From a virus, in the IMG/VR virus record IMGVR_UViG_3300045988_127048: a stretch of 32,537 nucleotides of DNA. One strand, given 5' to 3'. The notes under the pieces are model-generated. The model made no database searches. It had not been told where the DNA came from and worked only from the letters and a program-made list of their open reading frames with translations. The position numbers and the translations under genes were made by a program. This document shows positions 1 through 7,274 of the stretch, piece by piece (the stretch's first letter is position 1; each line of letters starts with the position of its first letter).

Positions 1-226
1 GACCGCAAGGAGGGGGACAAGGCGAACGCCGACGCGGTGGCTGCCGAGAAGACGCGCGCTCAGGCGGCGGAGAAGGTGAACGCCGACGCCATCGCCAAGG
101 AGACGGAAGACCGCAAGGAGGGGGACAAGGCGAACGCCGACGCGGTGGCTGCCGAGAAGACGCGCGCTCAGGCGGCGGAGAAGGTGAACGCCGACGCCAT
201 CGCCAAGGAGACGGAAGACCGCAAGG
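1..226 (+). repeat. 108-bp tandem repeat (2 copies + 10 nt) encoding DRKEGDKANADAVAAEKTRAQAAEKVNADAIAKETE; duplicated at the window end
   Basis: The unit gaccgcaaggaggggg...gagacggaa occurs at 1-108 and 109-216, with a third copy starting at 217. The same string occurs at 32312-32537. Confidence 0.9.
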
Positions 227-1779
227 CGGCGGACGCGGCCCTGCAGGCCGCCATAGACGCGTTGCCGCCGGCAGCGATTATGCTCACCTACGACCTGGAT
301 GCGCAGGAGCTCTTCGGGGGCACGATGGCCGAGGTCGCCGCAGCCCTTGAAAAGGGGGCGGAGGTGTCGGTAAAAATCCAGAACGCGGACGCGGAGTTCG
401 CCTCTCCGACATCTGTGCTCCGTGTCGTCGGCTACAGCTATACCGCGCCCGACGGGCCGCTGCTGCTGCACGCCGTGTCGCCGCGATATGACGCGGCCGC
501 CGATGTGCAGACCAACTTCAACAGCGTGGTCTTCCAGTGGACGGACGGCGGCGATGTCGCCCTGTACCGGTTCACCCCGCAGGCGGCGCTCGAATCCGGG
601 ACGAACATCAAGACCATCAACGGGAAGTCGCTGCTCGGCCCCGGCGACCTTGCCGTCTCCGGGGGCTTGCCGACCATAAAGGCCGGGGAGGGGCAATATT
701 CTGAAATCTTCAACGCTGGAAGTTCGAGCACTTCAACAGCGTCTGGAGAGCAAAGTCATGCAGAGGGATATAACACAACAGCAAAAGGAAGATTCAGCCA
801 TGCGGAAGGGGGTGGCTCATCCGCATGGGGGGAGATGAGCCATGCGGAAGGGTATGCGACATATGCGGACGACTCCTATTGTCACACGGAGGGAAGGTAT
901 ACAATAGCGAGATGTGCGGCAGGTCACGCTGAGGGGAAAAGCAACACCGGACAATCAGACAGCATTCACGAAGTTGGAATTGGAACTGATACTGTCCGAA
1001 AAGATGCCCACCGCATAACGCAATACGGAAAGCACTACATCCCGGGAGTCGGCAACTTCACCGGGGTCGAGACCTCGCAGCAAATCGCTTCCGGCGGCAT
1101 CAAGGACTTGGCCACCGTCATCTCCGAACTGGAGTCCGCTGGCGGCGGCCCGTTCGCGCTGACGCTCACGCTGGGCACGGGTGACAAGTGGTCGATGGAC
1201 TGCACGTTCGCGGAACTGGCGGCAGCGGTGGACGCAAAGAGGGGCGTCATATTCACGATGAGCGGCGGGAGCTATGACGGGGACGCCTTCACGGCAACGC
1301 TCCTGCTGTATAGCAGCGCGGGGAACGTGGTCGTCATGCAGGGGTATGTCAACAAGGCGTACATCTATGTCGTGGTGACCAACGGCTCTACCGGCCTGAC
1401 GGTCGATGTGTCGGAGGCCAACCTCGTCAACATCGACACGACCATCCCGGTCGCGCCGGGCAACGAGAACGTCCCGGGCACCAAGGCCATCAAGGACTAT
1501 GTGGACAAGTACACGCCGTGCCTCCTCGATGTAGGCACGCTTCCGAAGGCAGGCGTCGCGACAGAATACAGTATCGAAAGAGGAGAATTGTCCCCGGATA
1601 GGGTGATAATCCTTAGAGGCATGGCTACAGGCTTCCGCGTGGTCTCCCTCAACGTGTTCGGCTTCCGGGGTGATAACGGGTCCGGGATACTACACGGTTA
1701 TGTGCTGGCCTCCAACGGGACGATGGTGAAAATCACTTTTGCTGACGGGAAACTGACCCCCGACGCGGACATCGACTGA
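1..1779 (+). CDS. Tail fibre protein, C-terminal portion (5' partial here; same gene as 31250..32537)
   Basis: Frame 1 is open from base 1 (the ORF track starts at an internal ATG, 37). It encodes 36-aa Ala/Glu/Lys coiled-coil repeats, then repeated SHAEG-type motifs. It sits immediately before the lysis cassette. Confidence 0.8.
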   Translation, partial: DRKEGDKANADAVAAEKTRAQAAEKVNADAIAKETEDRKEGDKANADAVAAEKTRAQAAEKVNADAIAKETEDRKAADAALQAAIDALPPAAIMLTYDLDAQELFGGTMAEVAAALEKGAEVSVKIQNADAEFASPTSVLRVVGYSYTAPDGPLLLHAVSPRYDAAADVQTNFNSVVFQWTDGGDVALYRFTPQAALESGTNIKTINGKSLLGPGDLAVSGGLPTIKAGEGQYSEIFNAGSSSTSTASGEQSHAEGYNTTAKGRFSHAEGGGSSAWGEMSHAEGYATYADDSYCHTEGRYTIARCAAGHAEGKSNTGQSDSIHEVGIGTDTVRKDAHRITQYGKHYIPGVGNFTGVETSQQIASGGIKDLATVISELESAGGGPFALTLTLGTGDKWSMDCTFAELAAAVDAKRGVIFTMSGGSYDGDAFTATLLLYSSAGNVVVMQGYVNKAYIYVVVTNGSTGLTVDVSEANLVNIDTTIPVAPGNENVPGTKAIKDYVDKYTPCLLDVGTLPKAGVATEYSIERGELSPDRVIILRGMATGFRVVSLNVFGFRGDNGSGILHGYVLASNGTMVKITFADGKLTPDADID

Positions 1780-1781
1780 CA

Positions 1782-2114
1782 ATGGACTGGACTACGGTAA
1801 TAACAGCGGCACTGTCCGCCCTTGGAGGGGGCGGACTGTGGGCCGTCATCAAGGCGGCGGTGGACAAGAAGAAAAGCCCGTACGACCGATTCATGGAGGT
1901 CATGGACAGGCAAGAGCAACTCTGCTCGGAGATACGGGCCGAACTGGCGGACGAGAGGGAGGACAGCGCGGCGAAGTCGCACGTGATAGCGCAGGCGGCG
2001 AAGTGCCCGCACCGCTTCAAGGACCCGGCGTCCCCGTGCCCGGTCGACGCGGCGAACGACGAGCGCCTGAAGCGCATCTGCAAGCTCTGCAAGGAGGAGG
2101 GCGGAAATGATTGA
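1782..2114 (+). CDS. Holin-like / membrane-anchored lysis protein (one N-terminal TM helix, then a charged coiled region)
   Basis: 110 aa. The N-terminal hydrophobic segment is DWTTVITAALSALGGGGLWAVIKAAV. The gene overlaps the endolysin start and lies directly after the tail fibre. Confidence 0.45.
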   Translation: MDWTTVITAALSALGGGGLWAVIKAAVDKKKSPYDRFMEVMDRQEQLCSEIRAELADEREDSAAKSHVIAQAAKCPHRFKDPASPCPVDAANDERLKRICKLCKEEGGND

Positions 2115-2475
2115 GAGCGTATACTTCAAGGAGGAGGAGTTCGAGCGGTGCTCCCCTCCGTGCTCGCTCCAGGACATGGACGCGCGCCTCGTCTCGATGC
2201 TCGACCTCGCACGCGCCAAGGCCGGCATCCCGTTCGTGCTCAACTCGGCCTATCGCCCCGTCCAGTGGGAGAAGTCCCACGGGAGGACGGGGACGTCGGC
2301 CCACTGCGCCGGCAAGGCGGTGGACATCCGCTGCGGGAGTTCGGCGGCGCGCTTCCGCGTCGTGTCGGGCCTGCTGGCGGCGGGATTCCGGCGGATAGGT
2401 GTCGGCAGGACATTCGTGCACGCGGACTGCGACGCCGGCAAGGCGCAGGACGTCATCTGGGACTACTATGAATGA
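2107..2475 (+). CDS. Endolysin, peptidase M15 family (zinc D-Ala-D-Ala carboxypeptidase-like fold)
   Basis: 122 aa. The spacing SAH ... D ... HAD is typical of M15 H-x-D-x-H zinc ligands (TSAHCAGKAVD, FVHADCD). It sits between two membrane proteins. Confidence 0.75.
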   Translation: MIESVYFKEEEFERCSPPCSLQDMDARLVSMLDLARAKAGIPFVLNSAYRPVQWEKSHGRTGTSAHCAGKAVDIRCGSSAARFRVVSGLLAAGFRRIGVGRTFVHADCDAGKAQDVIWDYYE

Positions 2476-2962
2476 GCGGTTCATTTTCGCGGGTGCGGCC
2501 ACATTGGCCGCGCTCCTTTTCGCCGCGGGTTTCGCGGCCGGCCGCTTTTCGCACACAAAAGGCCGTGAGGAGGCCGTAAAGGTCAAGACGGTAGAAGTGG
2601 TCAGACGGGACACGATAAGGCTGCGTACGCCCGTTTATGTGCGTTCCGAGGTCAAGGACTTCGTGCTCGTCCCGGTACGGGACACGGTGAGGGTCACGGA
2701 CACCGTGTACACGGTCGTCCCGAGGACGGAGCGCGTGTACGAGGACAGCACCTACAGGGCGGTGGTGTCGGGCTACGACCCCCGGCTCGAAGTCCTCGAC
2801 ATCTACCGGCGGACGGCCACGCAGGTGGTCACGGTGACGCAGGTCGAGAGGGCGTCCCGCCTCGGGTTCGGCATCGCCGCCGGCCCGTCGTTCCTGGTTG
2901 ATGTCGGGGGCGCGCCGCGCTTCGGCGTGGGGGTCACCGCCGGCGTCCGGTGGTCGTTCTGA
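2468..2962 (+). CDS. Membrane-anchored lysis accessory protein (N-terminal TM, C-terminal Gly/Ala beta-rich segment ending in Phe)
   Basis: The ATG at 2468 overlaps the endolysin stop (ATGAATGA). It has an N-terminal TM helix (FIFAGAATLAALLFAAGFAAG) and a C-terminus ...GVGVTAGVRWSF. The ORF-track start at 2399 lies inside the endolysin gene. Confidence 0.45.
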   Translation: MNERFIFAGAATLAALLFAAGFAAGRFSHTKGREEAVKVKTVEVVRRDTIRLRTPVYVRSEVKDFVLVPVRDTVRVTDTVYTVVPRTERVYEDSTYRAVVSGYDPRLEVLDIYRRTATQVVTVTQVERASRLGFGIAAGPSFLVDVGGAPRFGVGVTAGVRWSF

Positions 2963-2984
2963 CGGCCTGCACGGCTCAATGGTT

Positions 2985-3012
2985 TCGCCGCCCCTCCGGG
3001 CGGCGATTTTTT
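2985..3012 (+). terminator. Rho-independent terminator after the lysis cassette
   Basis: A 9-bp GC stem tcgccgccc/gggcggcga with loop ctcc, followed by a T6 run. Confidence 0.8.
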
Positions 3013-3030
3013 GCGAAAAGTCAGAAAAAT

Positions 3031-3061
3031 TTTGCAGTTGTTAGAAAAATTACTATCTTTG
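3031..3061 (+). promoter_or_regulatory. Bacteroidota-type promoter for hicAB (-33 TTTG, -7 TAtcTTTG)
   Basis: TTTG at 3031-3034 and TATCTTTG at 3054-3061 are separated by 19 nt. The second box ends 23 nt upstream of the hicA ATG, in an AT-rich stretch. Confidence 0.55.
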
Positions 3062-3083
3062 TATGTGGAAACAATGAACAAAA

Positions 3084-3272
3084 ATGAAGTACAAAGAACT
3101 GCACAAGAAGCTCCGGGACGCCGGATGCTACGACACCGAAAAGGAACGGGCAGGGCATCCGCTATGGTATTCGCCGCGAACGGGCAAATACTTCACGACA
3201 AGCCACCACGGCTCGGAAGAAGTAGCGACCGGAACACTTAACTCAATCATGAAAGCGGCGGGGTTGAAATAG
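3084..3272 (+). CDS. hicA: HicA-family toxin (mRNA interferase) of a type II toxin-antitoxin pair
   Basis: 62 aa: MKYKELHKKLRDAGC...AGHPLWYSPRTGKYFTTSHHGSEEVATGTLNSIMKAAGL. This matches the HicA/YcfA pattern, including the conserved His and the GTLxSIxKxAGL tail. Confidence 0.85.
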   Translation: MKYKELHKKLRDAGCYDTEKERAGHPLWYSPRTGKYFTTSHHGSEEVATGTLNSIMKAAGLK

Positions 3273-3300
3273 CCCCGCACGCTTAAAAAAAGGAAAGAAG

Positions 3301-3711
3301 ATGGAAACAAGGAAAGTAAAGGCAATCATTGAAAAAGGCAGAGACGGGCGATTCAGCATCTACTCGTCTGACGACACGCTCCCTTATCTGGTGACGGGGA
3401 CGGGGGCAACGATCGAGGAGGCAAGGCAGGTATTTCTTGGAGGCTATGACGACATCCGCAGGGTGTTCGCGGAAGAGGGGCGAGAATTTCCGGAGGCGGA
3501 GTTCGAGTTCGTCTATGACGTGCCCTCATTTTTGCAGGAGTTCGCGAACGTGTTCACCCTCGCCGGGCTTTCGCGCCTCACGGGTGTGAACCAGAAGCAG
3601 CTCGGGCACTACGTCAGCGGCTACAGGCATCCTTCAGCAGCGACCGCGCGCAAGATAGAGGAGGGGGTCAAGGGGTTCTGCGACCGCCTCTCAAAGGTCA
3701 AGTTCGCCTGA
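3301..3711 (+). CDS. hicB: HicB-family antitoxin (HicB N-domain plus C-terminal HTH)
   Basis: 136 aa, directly downstream of hicA. The N-terminal KAIIEKGRDGRFSIYS... resembles the HicB fold. The C-terminal FTLAGLSRLTGVNQKQLGHYVSGYRHPS is an XRE-type HTH. Confidence 0.8.
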   Translation: METRKVKAIIEKGRDGRFSIYSSDDTLPYLVTGTGATIEEARQVFLGGYDDIRRVFAEEGREFPEAEFEFVYDVPSFLQEFANVFTLAGLSRLTGVNQKQLGHYVSGYRHPSAATARKIEEGVKGFCDRLSKVKFA

Positions 3712-3737
3712 CGGCGGATTTGTTCATTGTTCCAACG

Positions 3738-3764
3738 GGGAGGGGCGCACGCCTCTCCCTTTTT
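3738..3764 (+). terminator. Rho-independent terminator after hicB
   Basis: Stem gggaggggc/gcctctccc (one G-T pair), a 4-nt loop, then TTTTT. Confidence 0.7.
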
Positions 3765-3868
3765 CATGAAAAAAGATGCATTTTCTTGAAAAAAGTTTGT
3801 ATAATTCAAAAATAAATAGACGGCATCTGGGCGCATTGTCGCTCAGCATTTCCACACCTTTGTTTTGT

Positions 3869-3890
3869 GCCCCGGCAGCGATGCCGGGGC
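3869..3890. terminator. GC hairpin between the hicAB and int 3' ends (possible bidirectional terminator)
   Basis: An 8-bp stem gccccggc/gccggggc with a 6-nt loop. It has a short T-rich tail on the + strand and lies 5 nt past the int stop on the - strand. Confidence 0.45.
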
Positions 3891-3894
3891 TTTG

Positions 3895-5076
3895 TCATTT
3901 GTCCCCGAGCGCGTAATCGATGACCTGCCGGTGCGCCCGGTCGACCTTGCGCAGGTCGATGGCGATATAGACGAGGGTGACGGCGGATCCGTGACTGTGA
4001 CCGAGGGCGGAGCTGATGACCTCCACGGGGATGTCCAGCTCGGCGGCGAAGCTCGCCCAGGAGTGGCGCGCCCAGTAGAAGGTCACCGGGGGGAGGCCGA
4101 GGCGTTCCGCAAGCTGCCGGAGGTGGACATTGAGGTAATTCGCCGTGCCGGTGTACTGGACTTTATGGAGCGGCGCGAAGAGCGCGCCCCGCTTGCGGTA
4201 CGGCTCCAGGACGGCGGAGAGTTCCGGCACGACCGCGACGGAGTAGTGTTTGCCGGTCTTGGCGCGGTCGTACTCGATGCGCCCGTTGACGATGGATTTC
4301 TCCGTCATCCGGGAGATGTCCACGGGGTTGGCTGCGATCATCAGGAACGACGCCTTGAAGAGGTCGAGGGCGAGGGTCTCCCCCCGTCCGCACGGTTCGG
4401 CGTTCCAGAGCTTGCGGAACTGCTCCCGGGAGAGGGAGCGCTTGCGCGTCTGGACGGTCTTCCGCTTGAGCGCCGCGAGGGGGTTGGAACTGACGAGGCC
4501 GTCGCGCTGCGCCTGGAGGAATATCGCCGAGATGCTGACGAGGAACGTGTTGCGGGTGGTCGGGGAGTACTCCTCCGTCACCCAGCTGTCGAGCCGGCGC
4601 GCCCACTGCGGGGTGAAGGCGCCGATGTCGCGCTCCGCCGCCTTGGGGTCGTAGCGATAGAGGCGGTTGAGCATCGTCCTGTAGTTCGCGGCCGTCGCCC
4701 CTTTCTTGCCGGCGACGAACCGGTCGGCGTATTCGCGGAACGGGTGCGCGGCGGCCGTGTCGCCGGAGCCCCACAGGCGCGCCCGGAAGTCGCCGGCGAT
4801 GTCTGTCACGGACATGGACTGCGCGGCCCCCGAAAGGGCCAGCTCCCGCGCCCTGTCCTCGGCGGCGATGAGCAGCTTGCCGAGCCAGGCGTTGAGGTTG
4901 CCGCGCTGCGGGTGGCGGACTATCTTCCGGGAGGGGGCGTGCCACTGGTCGGGGGCGACCTTCACGCCCGTGTCCAGGAGCGCGGTGCGGGAGTGGTTGT
5001 TAATCATCAGGCGCACGCGCCCGCAGCCGTTGGCGTCCAGCCGCCGGCCGTCATAGTAGAGCGAGATGTGTATCAT
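3895..5076 (-). CDS. int: Tyrosine recombinase / phage integrase (Bacteroidota-type, with an N-terminal arm-binding domain)
   Basis: 393 aa. The C-terminal catalytic signature is ARHSWASFAAELDIPVEVISSALGHS...TLVYI (HxxR, H, Y). The N-terminal MIHISLYYDGRR... resembles Bacteroidota integrases. Confidence 0.9.
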   Translation of the reverse strand: MIHISLYYDGRRLDANGCGRVRLMINNHSRTALLDTGVKVAPDQWHAPSRKIVRHPQRGNLNAWLGKLLIAAEDRARELALSGAAQSMSVTDIAGDFRARLWGSGDTAAAHPFREYADRFVAGKKGATAANYRTMLNRLYRYDPKAAERDIGAFTPQWARRLDSWVTEEYSPTTRNTFLVSISAIFLQAQRDGLVSSNPLAALKRKTVQTRKRSLSREQFRKLWNAEPCGRGETLALDLFKASFLMIAANPVDISRMTEKSIVNGRIEYDRAKTGKHYSVAVVPELSAVLEPYRKRGALFAPLHKVQYTGTANYLNVHLRQLAERLGLPPVTFYWARHSWASFAAELDIPVEVISSALGHSHGSAVTLVYIAIDLRKVDRAHRQVIDYALGDK

Positions 5077-5314
5077 TTTTCGTTCATTTTCGGTTCAGTT
5101 TTTCGGCCCTTTGCGGAATTGGCCACACACTCCGCGCACCTTTGCGCACTCATCCCGATTGCGCCTCCGGCCGGGATGTGGCCGTCTGGGCGCGTGAAAT
5201 GCGGAAATACCCCGCAGACAAGTCTCGTTCATAAACAACCGATTGCGTTCCCTTGTAAATATCAGCATGTCACCATTTTACTTGTTTTGCCCGTTGAGGG
5301 TCGGCAGTCTGCGT

Positions 5315-5851
5315 TCAGTCTTTCTCGGATTTTCCCCCGTCCGCGTCCTTTCCGGAGGCGGCGTCCCCGGCCCGGGTGAGCCGGCCCACGAGCTCCCACA
5401 GTCGCTCCTTCTCCGGGTCTCCTCCGCCCTGGTCGCGGCGGAACTCCCGGATGTCGTCCTGGATGGCGGCGACCCGTCGGGCGATGTCGTCGAGGCGCGA
5501 CATCATGGCGGGGAAGTCGACGAGCCACCCGTGAGTCACGGCACCGGCTGGGAGTCCCGGGGCGTCCTCGCGTTCGGGCGCCTTGGACTCCGGGGCGGCG
5601 TAGGCGTTGCCCTCCCCCGGGATGAGGGAGCCGACGCCCGTCAGGAGGAAGGTGACGTCGAAGCCGTAGGCGTCATGCAGCGCGAAGGCGCGCTGCTTGC
5701 CAATCGAGTCGCGCCCTGCAAGCATATTGCTAATGGCGGCGGGGGATACATTTAGCATCTCCGCGATATCCTTGTTCTTTATATTATTAAGCGCAAAATA
5801 CTTGCGCATCTCTTCTGCTTGCGTAATCGGCAATTTTACTTTTTTCGTCAT
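5315..5851 (-). CDS. XRE-family HTH repressor (CI-like immunity repressor candidate)
   Basis: 178 aa. The N-terminal HTH is NKDIAEMLNVSPAAISNMLAGRDSIG. It is divergently oriented to the early + strand operon and adjacent to int. Confidence 0.75.
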   Translation of the reverse strand: MTKKVKLPITQAEEMRKYFALNNIKNKDIAEMLNVSPAAISNMLAGRDSIGKQRAFALHDAYGFDVTFLLTGVGSLIPGEGNAYAAPESKAPEREDAPGLPAGAVTHGWLVDFPAMMSRLDDIARRVAAIQDDIREFRRDQGGGDPEKERLWELVGRLTRAGDAASGKDADGGKSEKD

Positions 5852-5852
5852 T

Positions 5853-5897
5853 TTTGCTAAATAAATTCTGGATTTGCTAAAATCTATACTATCTTTG
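5853..5897. promoter_or_regulatory. Divergent immunity-region control region: two TTTGCTAAA direct repeats and a TAtcTTTG -7 box facing the early operon
   Basis: TTTGCTAAA at 5853-5861 and 5873-5881; TATCTTTG at 5890-5897. The region is AT-rich and lies between the repressor start (5851) and the first early gene (5957). Confidence 0.4.
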
Positions 5898-5956
5898 TAG
5901 TCGAAAGCAACACAAAAGCGATTGCAAAAATAGTAAAATTTTTAAGAATCAAAGAA

Positions 5957-6280
5957 ATGGAAACACAGAACACAATGGAAGAGAAGAAAACCATCACCGT
6001 AAAAGAGGCCAATAAGGCCATCCGGATTCTAAAAACCTTTGCCGAGCAGCACGAAAACTCGGCGCTGATTGTGGCGCTCCACTCCGGCCCTAACACCAGT
6101 CTATGCAGCTACGGACATCGAGGAAGCATTGCGGGTGTGCTCAGTCTGTACGCGGTGAAATGTGAGGCCATCAAGGACATTCTTTCAGCCGTGGATGAGA
6201 TGCTGAAAGATGAAAGCAAAGAGGGGGAGGAGTACCGCGCTATGCTCCAGACAGTACTCGACACGAGCATCGAGCAGTAA
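5957..6280 (+). CDS. Hypothetical early protein (first gene of the rightward early operon, low GC)
   Basis: 107-aa ORF in the Cro position, but I could see no HTH. Composition is plausible for a coding region. Confidence 0.5.
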   Translation: METQNTMEEKKTITVKEANKAIRILKTFAEQHENSALIVALHSGPNTSLCSYGHRGSIAGVLSLYAVKCEAIKDILSAVDEMLKDESKEGEEYRAMLQTVLDTSIEQ

Positions 6281-6293
6281 AAAAATTTTGGGA

Positions 6294-6551
6294 ATGGAAC
6301 GAGTACCGTTGATGACTTATGCGCAGAGGGCGCGCAGGCAGCGCGACCTCCGCCTGAGAGAGCAGTTCGAGGAGCTGCTCCGGCAGTACCCGGGGAGCAC
6401 CACGCAGCAGGTGCTCCTCGAGATGGCCCGCAGGGGATGCGGCGGCCTGCACTCGGCCGCCGGCGTCCGCCGCGCGCTGATAAGCATCGGGGCGCTGGCC
6501 CCGAGGAACAGGAGGAACGCGGCCCCGGAGGCCGAAGGGGGTGCGGAATGA
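6294..6551 (+). CDS. Hypothetical early protein
   Basis: An internal ATG at 6294 follows the previous stop (6280). Its stop overlaps the next ATG (ATGA at 6548-6551). Confidence 0.45.
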   Translation: MERVPLMTYAQRARRQRDLRLREQFEELLRQYPGSTTQQVLLEMARRGCGGLHSAAGVRRALISIGALAPRNRRNAAPEAEGGAE

Positions 6552-6754
6552 CAAGCACGGAACCCGTATGCGAGCGGACTGGCCTGTACACGCTGAGCGA
6601 GGCCGCCGCCATCCTCGGGGTGAACAAGTCCACCGTCACGAAGGCGTCCAACCGCACGGACGCGGGGCGGCTCCCGTACAGGGTGCGGAAGGCGAACGGC
6701 CGCAGGGTATGGCTCGGCCAGGATCTGATAAACTGGTGGAGGTTATGCTACTGA
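6548..6754 (+). CDS. Excisionase-family / MerR-like HTH_17 DNA-binding protein
   Basis: 68 aa. LYTLSEAAAILGVNKSTVTKA ... RRVWLGQDLINWW fits the helix-turn-helix plus wing pattern of excisionase-family proteins. Confidence 0.55.
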   Translation: MTSTEPVCERTGLYTLSEAAAILGVNKSTVTKASNRTDAGRLPYRVRKANGRRVWLGQDLINWWRLCY

Positions 6755-6909
6755 AAATCTTGACGCTCCTGGGATGCGCGGGCGCGCTCCTGTTGACATT
6801 CTCCGGCCGCGTGTGGGCGATGCCCCTGGCGGTGGCCCTCTGGGCGGCGCACGAGAAGACGAATGAAGCGCCGCAGGCCTCACGGCCGGCGACGCCGGAT
6901 AAACAATAA
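6745..6909 (+). CDS. Small membrane protein (hypothetical)
   Basis: 54 aa starting MLLKILTLLGCAGALLLTFSG, with a second hydrophobic stretch. It overlaps the previous gene by 10 nt. Confidence 0.4.
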   Translation: MLLKILTLLGCAGALLLTFSGRVWAMPLAVALWAAHEKTNEAPQASRPATPDKQ

Positions 6910-6953
6910 CCGTGGAAAGTATTAGAACTTTTACACGATAGGGACATAAAGAT

Positions 6954-7274
6954 ATGGAAATAGCGATAAAAAACAAATACACCCTCGAACTCCATCAGAT
7001 GGAGATGGAGGCGATGAACCTCTGGGAGCGGGGCCGCATACGCGGCTACACGGTCAACAACACCCACACGCCTGACCAGTGGGAGATGGCGATAGCGGTC
7101 ACCTTCCTGCCGGAGGGGGACAGGGCCTACGACCAGACGCTGGTGTGGCGTGCGGCGTCCTGGGGGATGTTCGACGGCGGCCTCGGGAGACGCCTGCACG
7201 ACGAGATCCTGCGGATGAACGCGGAGGACAGGCAGGCGCGGATAGACAACGACAAAAAACTCTCGCTCTTATGA
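6954..7274 (+). CDS. Hypothetical protein
   Basis: 106-aa ORF. Its stop overlaps the next ATG (ATGA at 7271-7274). Confidence 0.5.
   Translation: MEIAIKNKYTLELHQMEMEAMNLWERGRIRGYTVNNTHTPDQWEMAIAVTFLPEGDRAYDQTLVWRAASWGMFDGGLGRRLHDEILRMNAEDRQARIDNDKKLSLL

Noticed and set aside
2399-2467. Upstream start codons given by the ORF track for several genes (2399, 6210, 6437, 6541, 7079, 8574, 10258, 15440, 16776, 17398, 23500, 28096, 28664, 30628)
   Set aside because: The extensions overlap the preceding gene in another frame and translate to Arg/Gly/Pro-rich junk. In each case an internal ATG sits exactly at, or overlaps, the previous stop (ATGA or TGATG), matching the coupling pattern of the whole genome.
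3807-3814. TAnnTTTG -7 box on the - strand (tatttttg) in the hicB-int gap
   Set aside because: It would drive transcription antisense into hicB with no ORF to serve. Matches to this AT-rich consensus are expected by chance in an AT-rich gap.
3865-5379. 504-aa ORF on the + strand across the integrase locus
   Set aside because: It is antisense to a textbook tyrosine recombinase. The translation is Gly/Arg/Val/Asp-rich with no motif, it starts at TTG inside a terminator hairpin, and it runs through the intergenic region.
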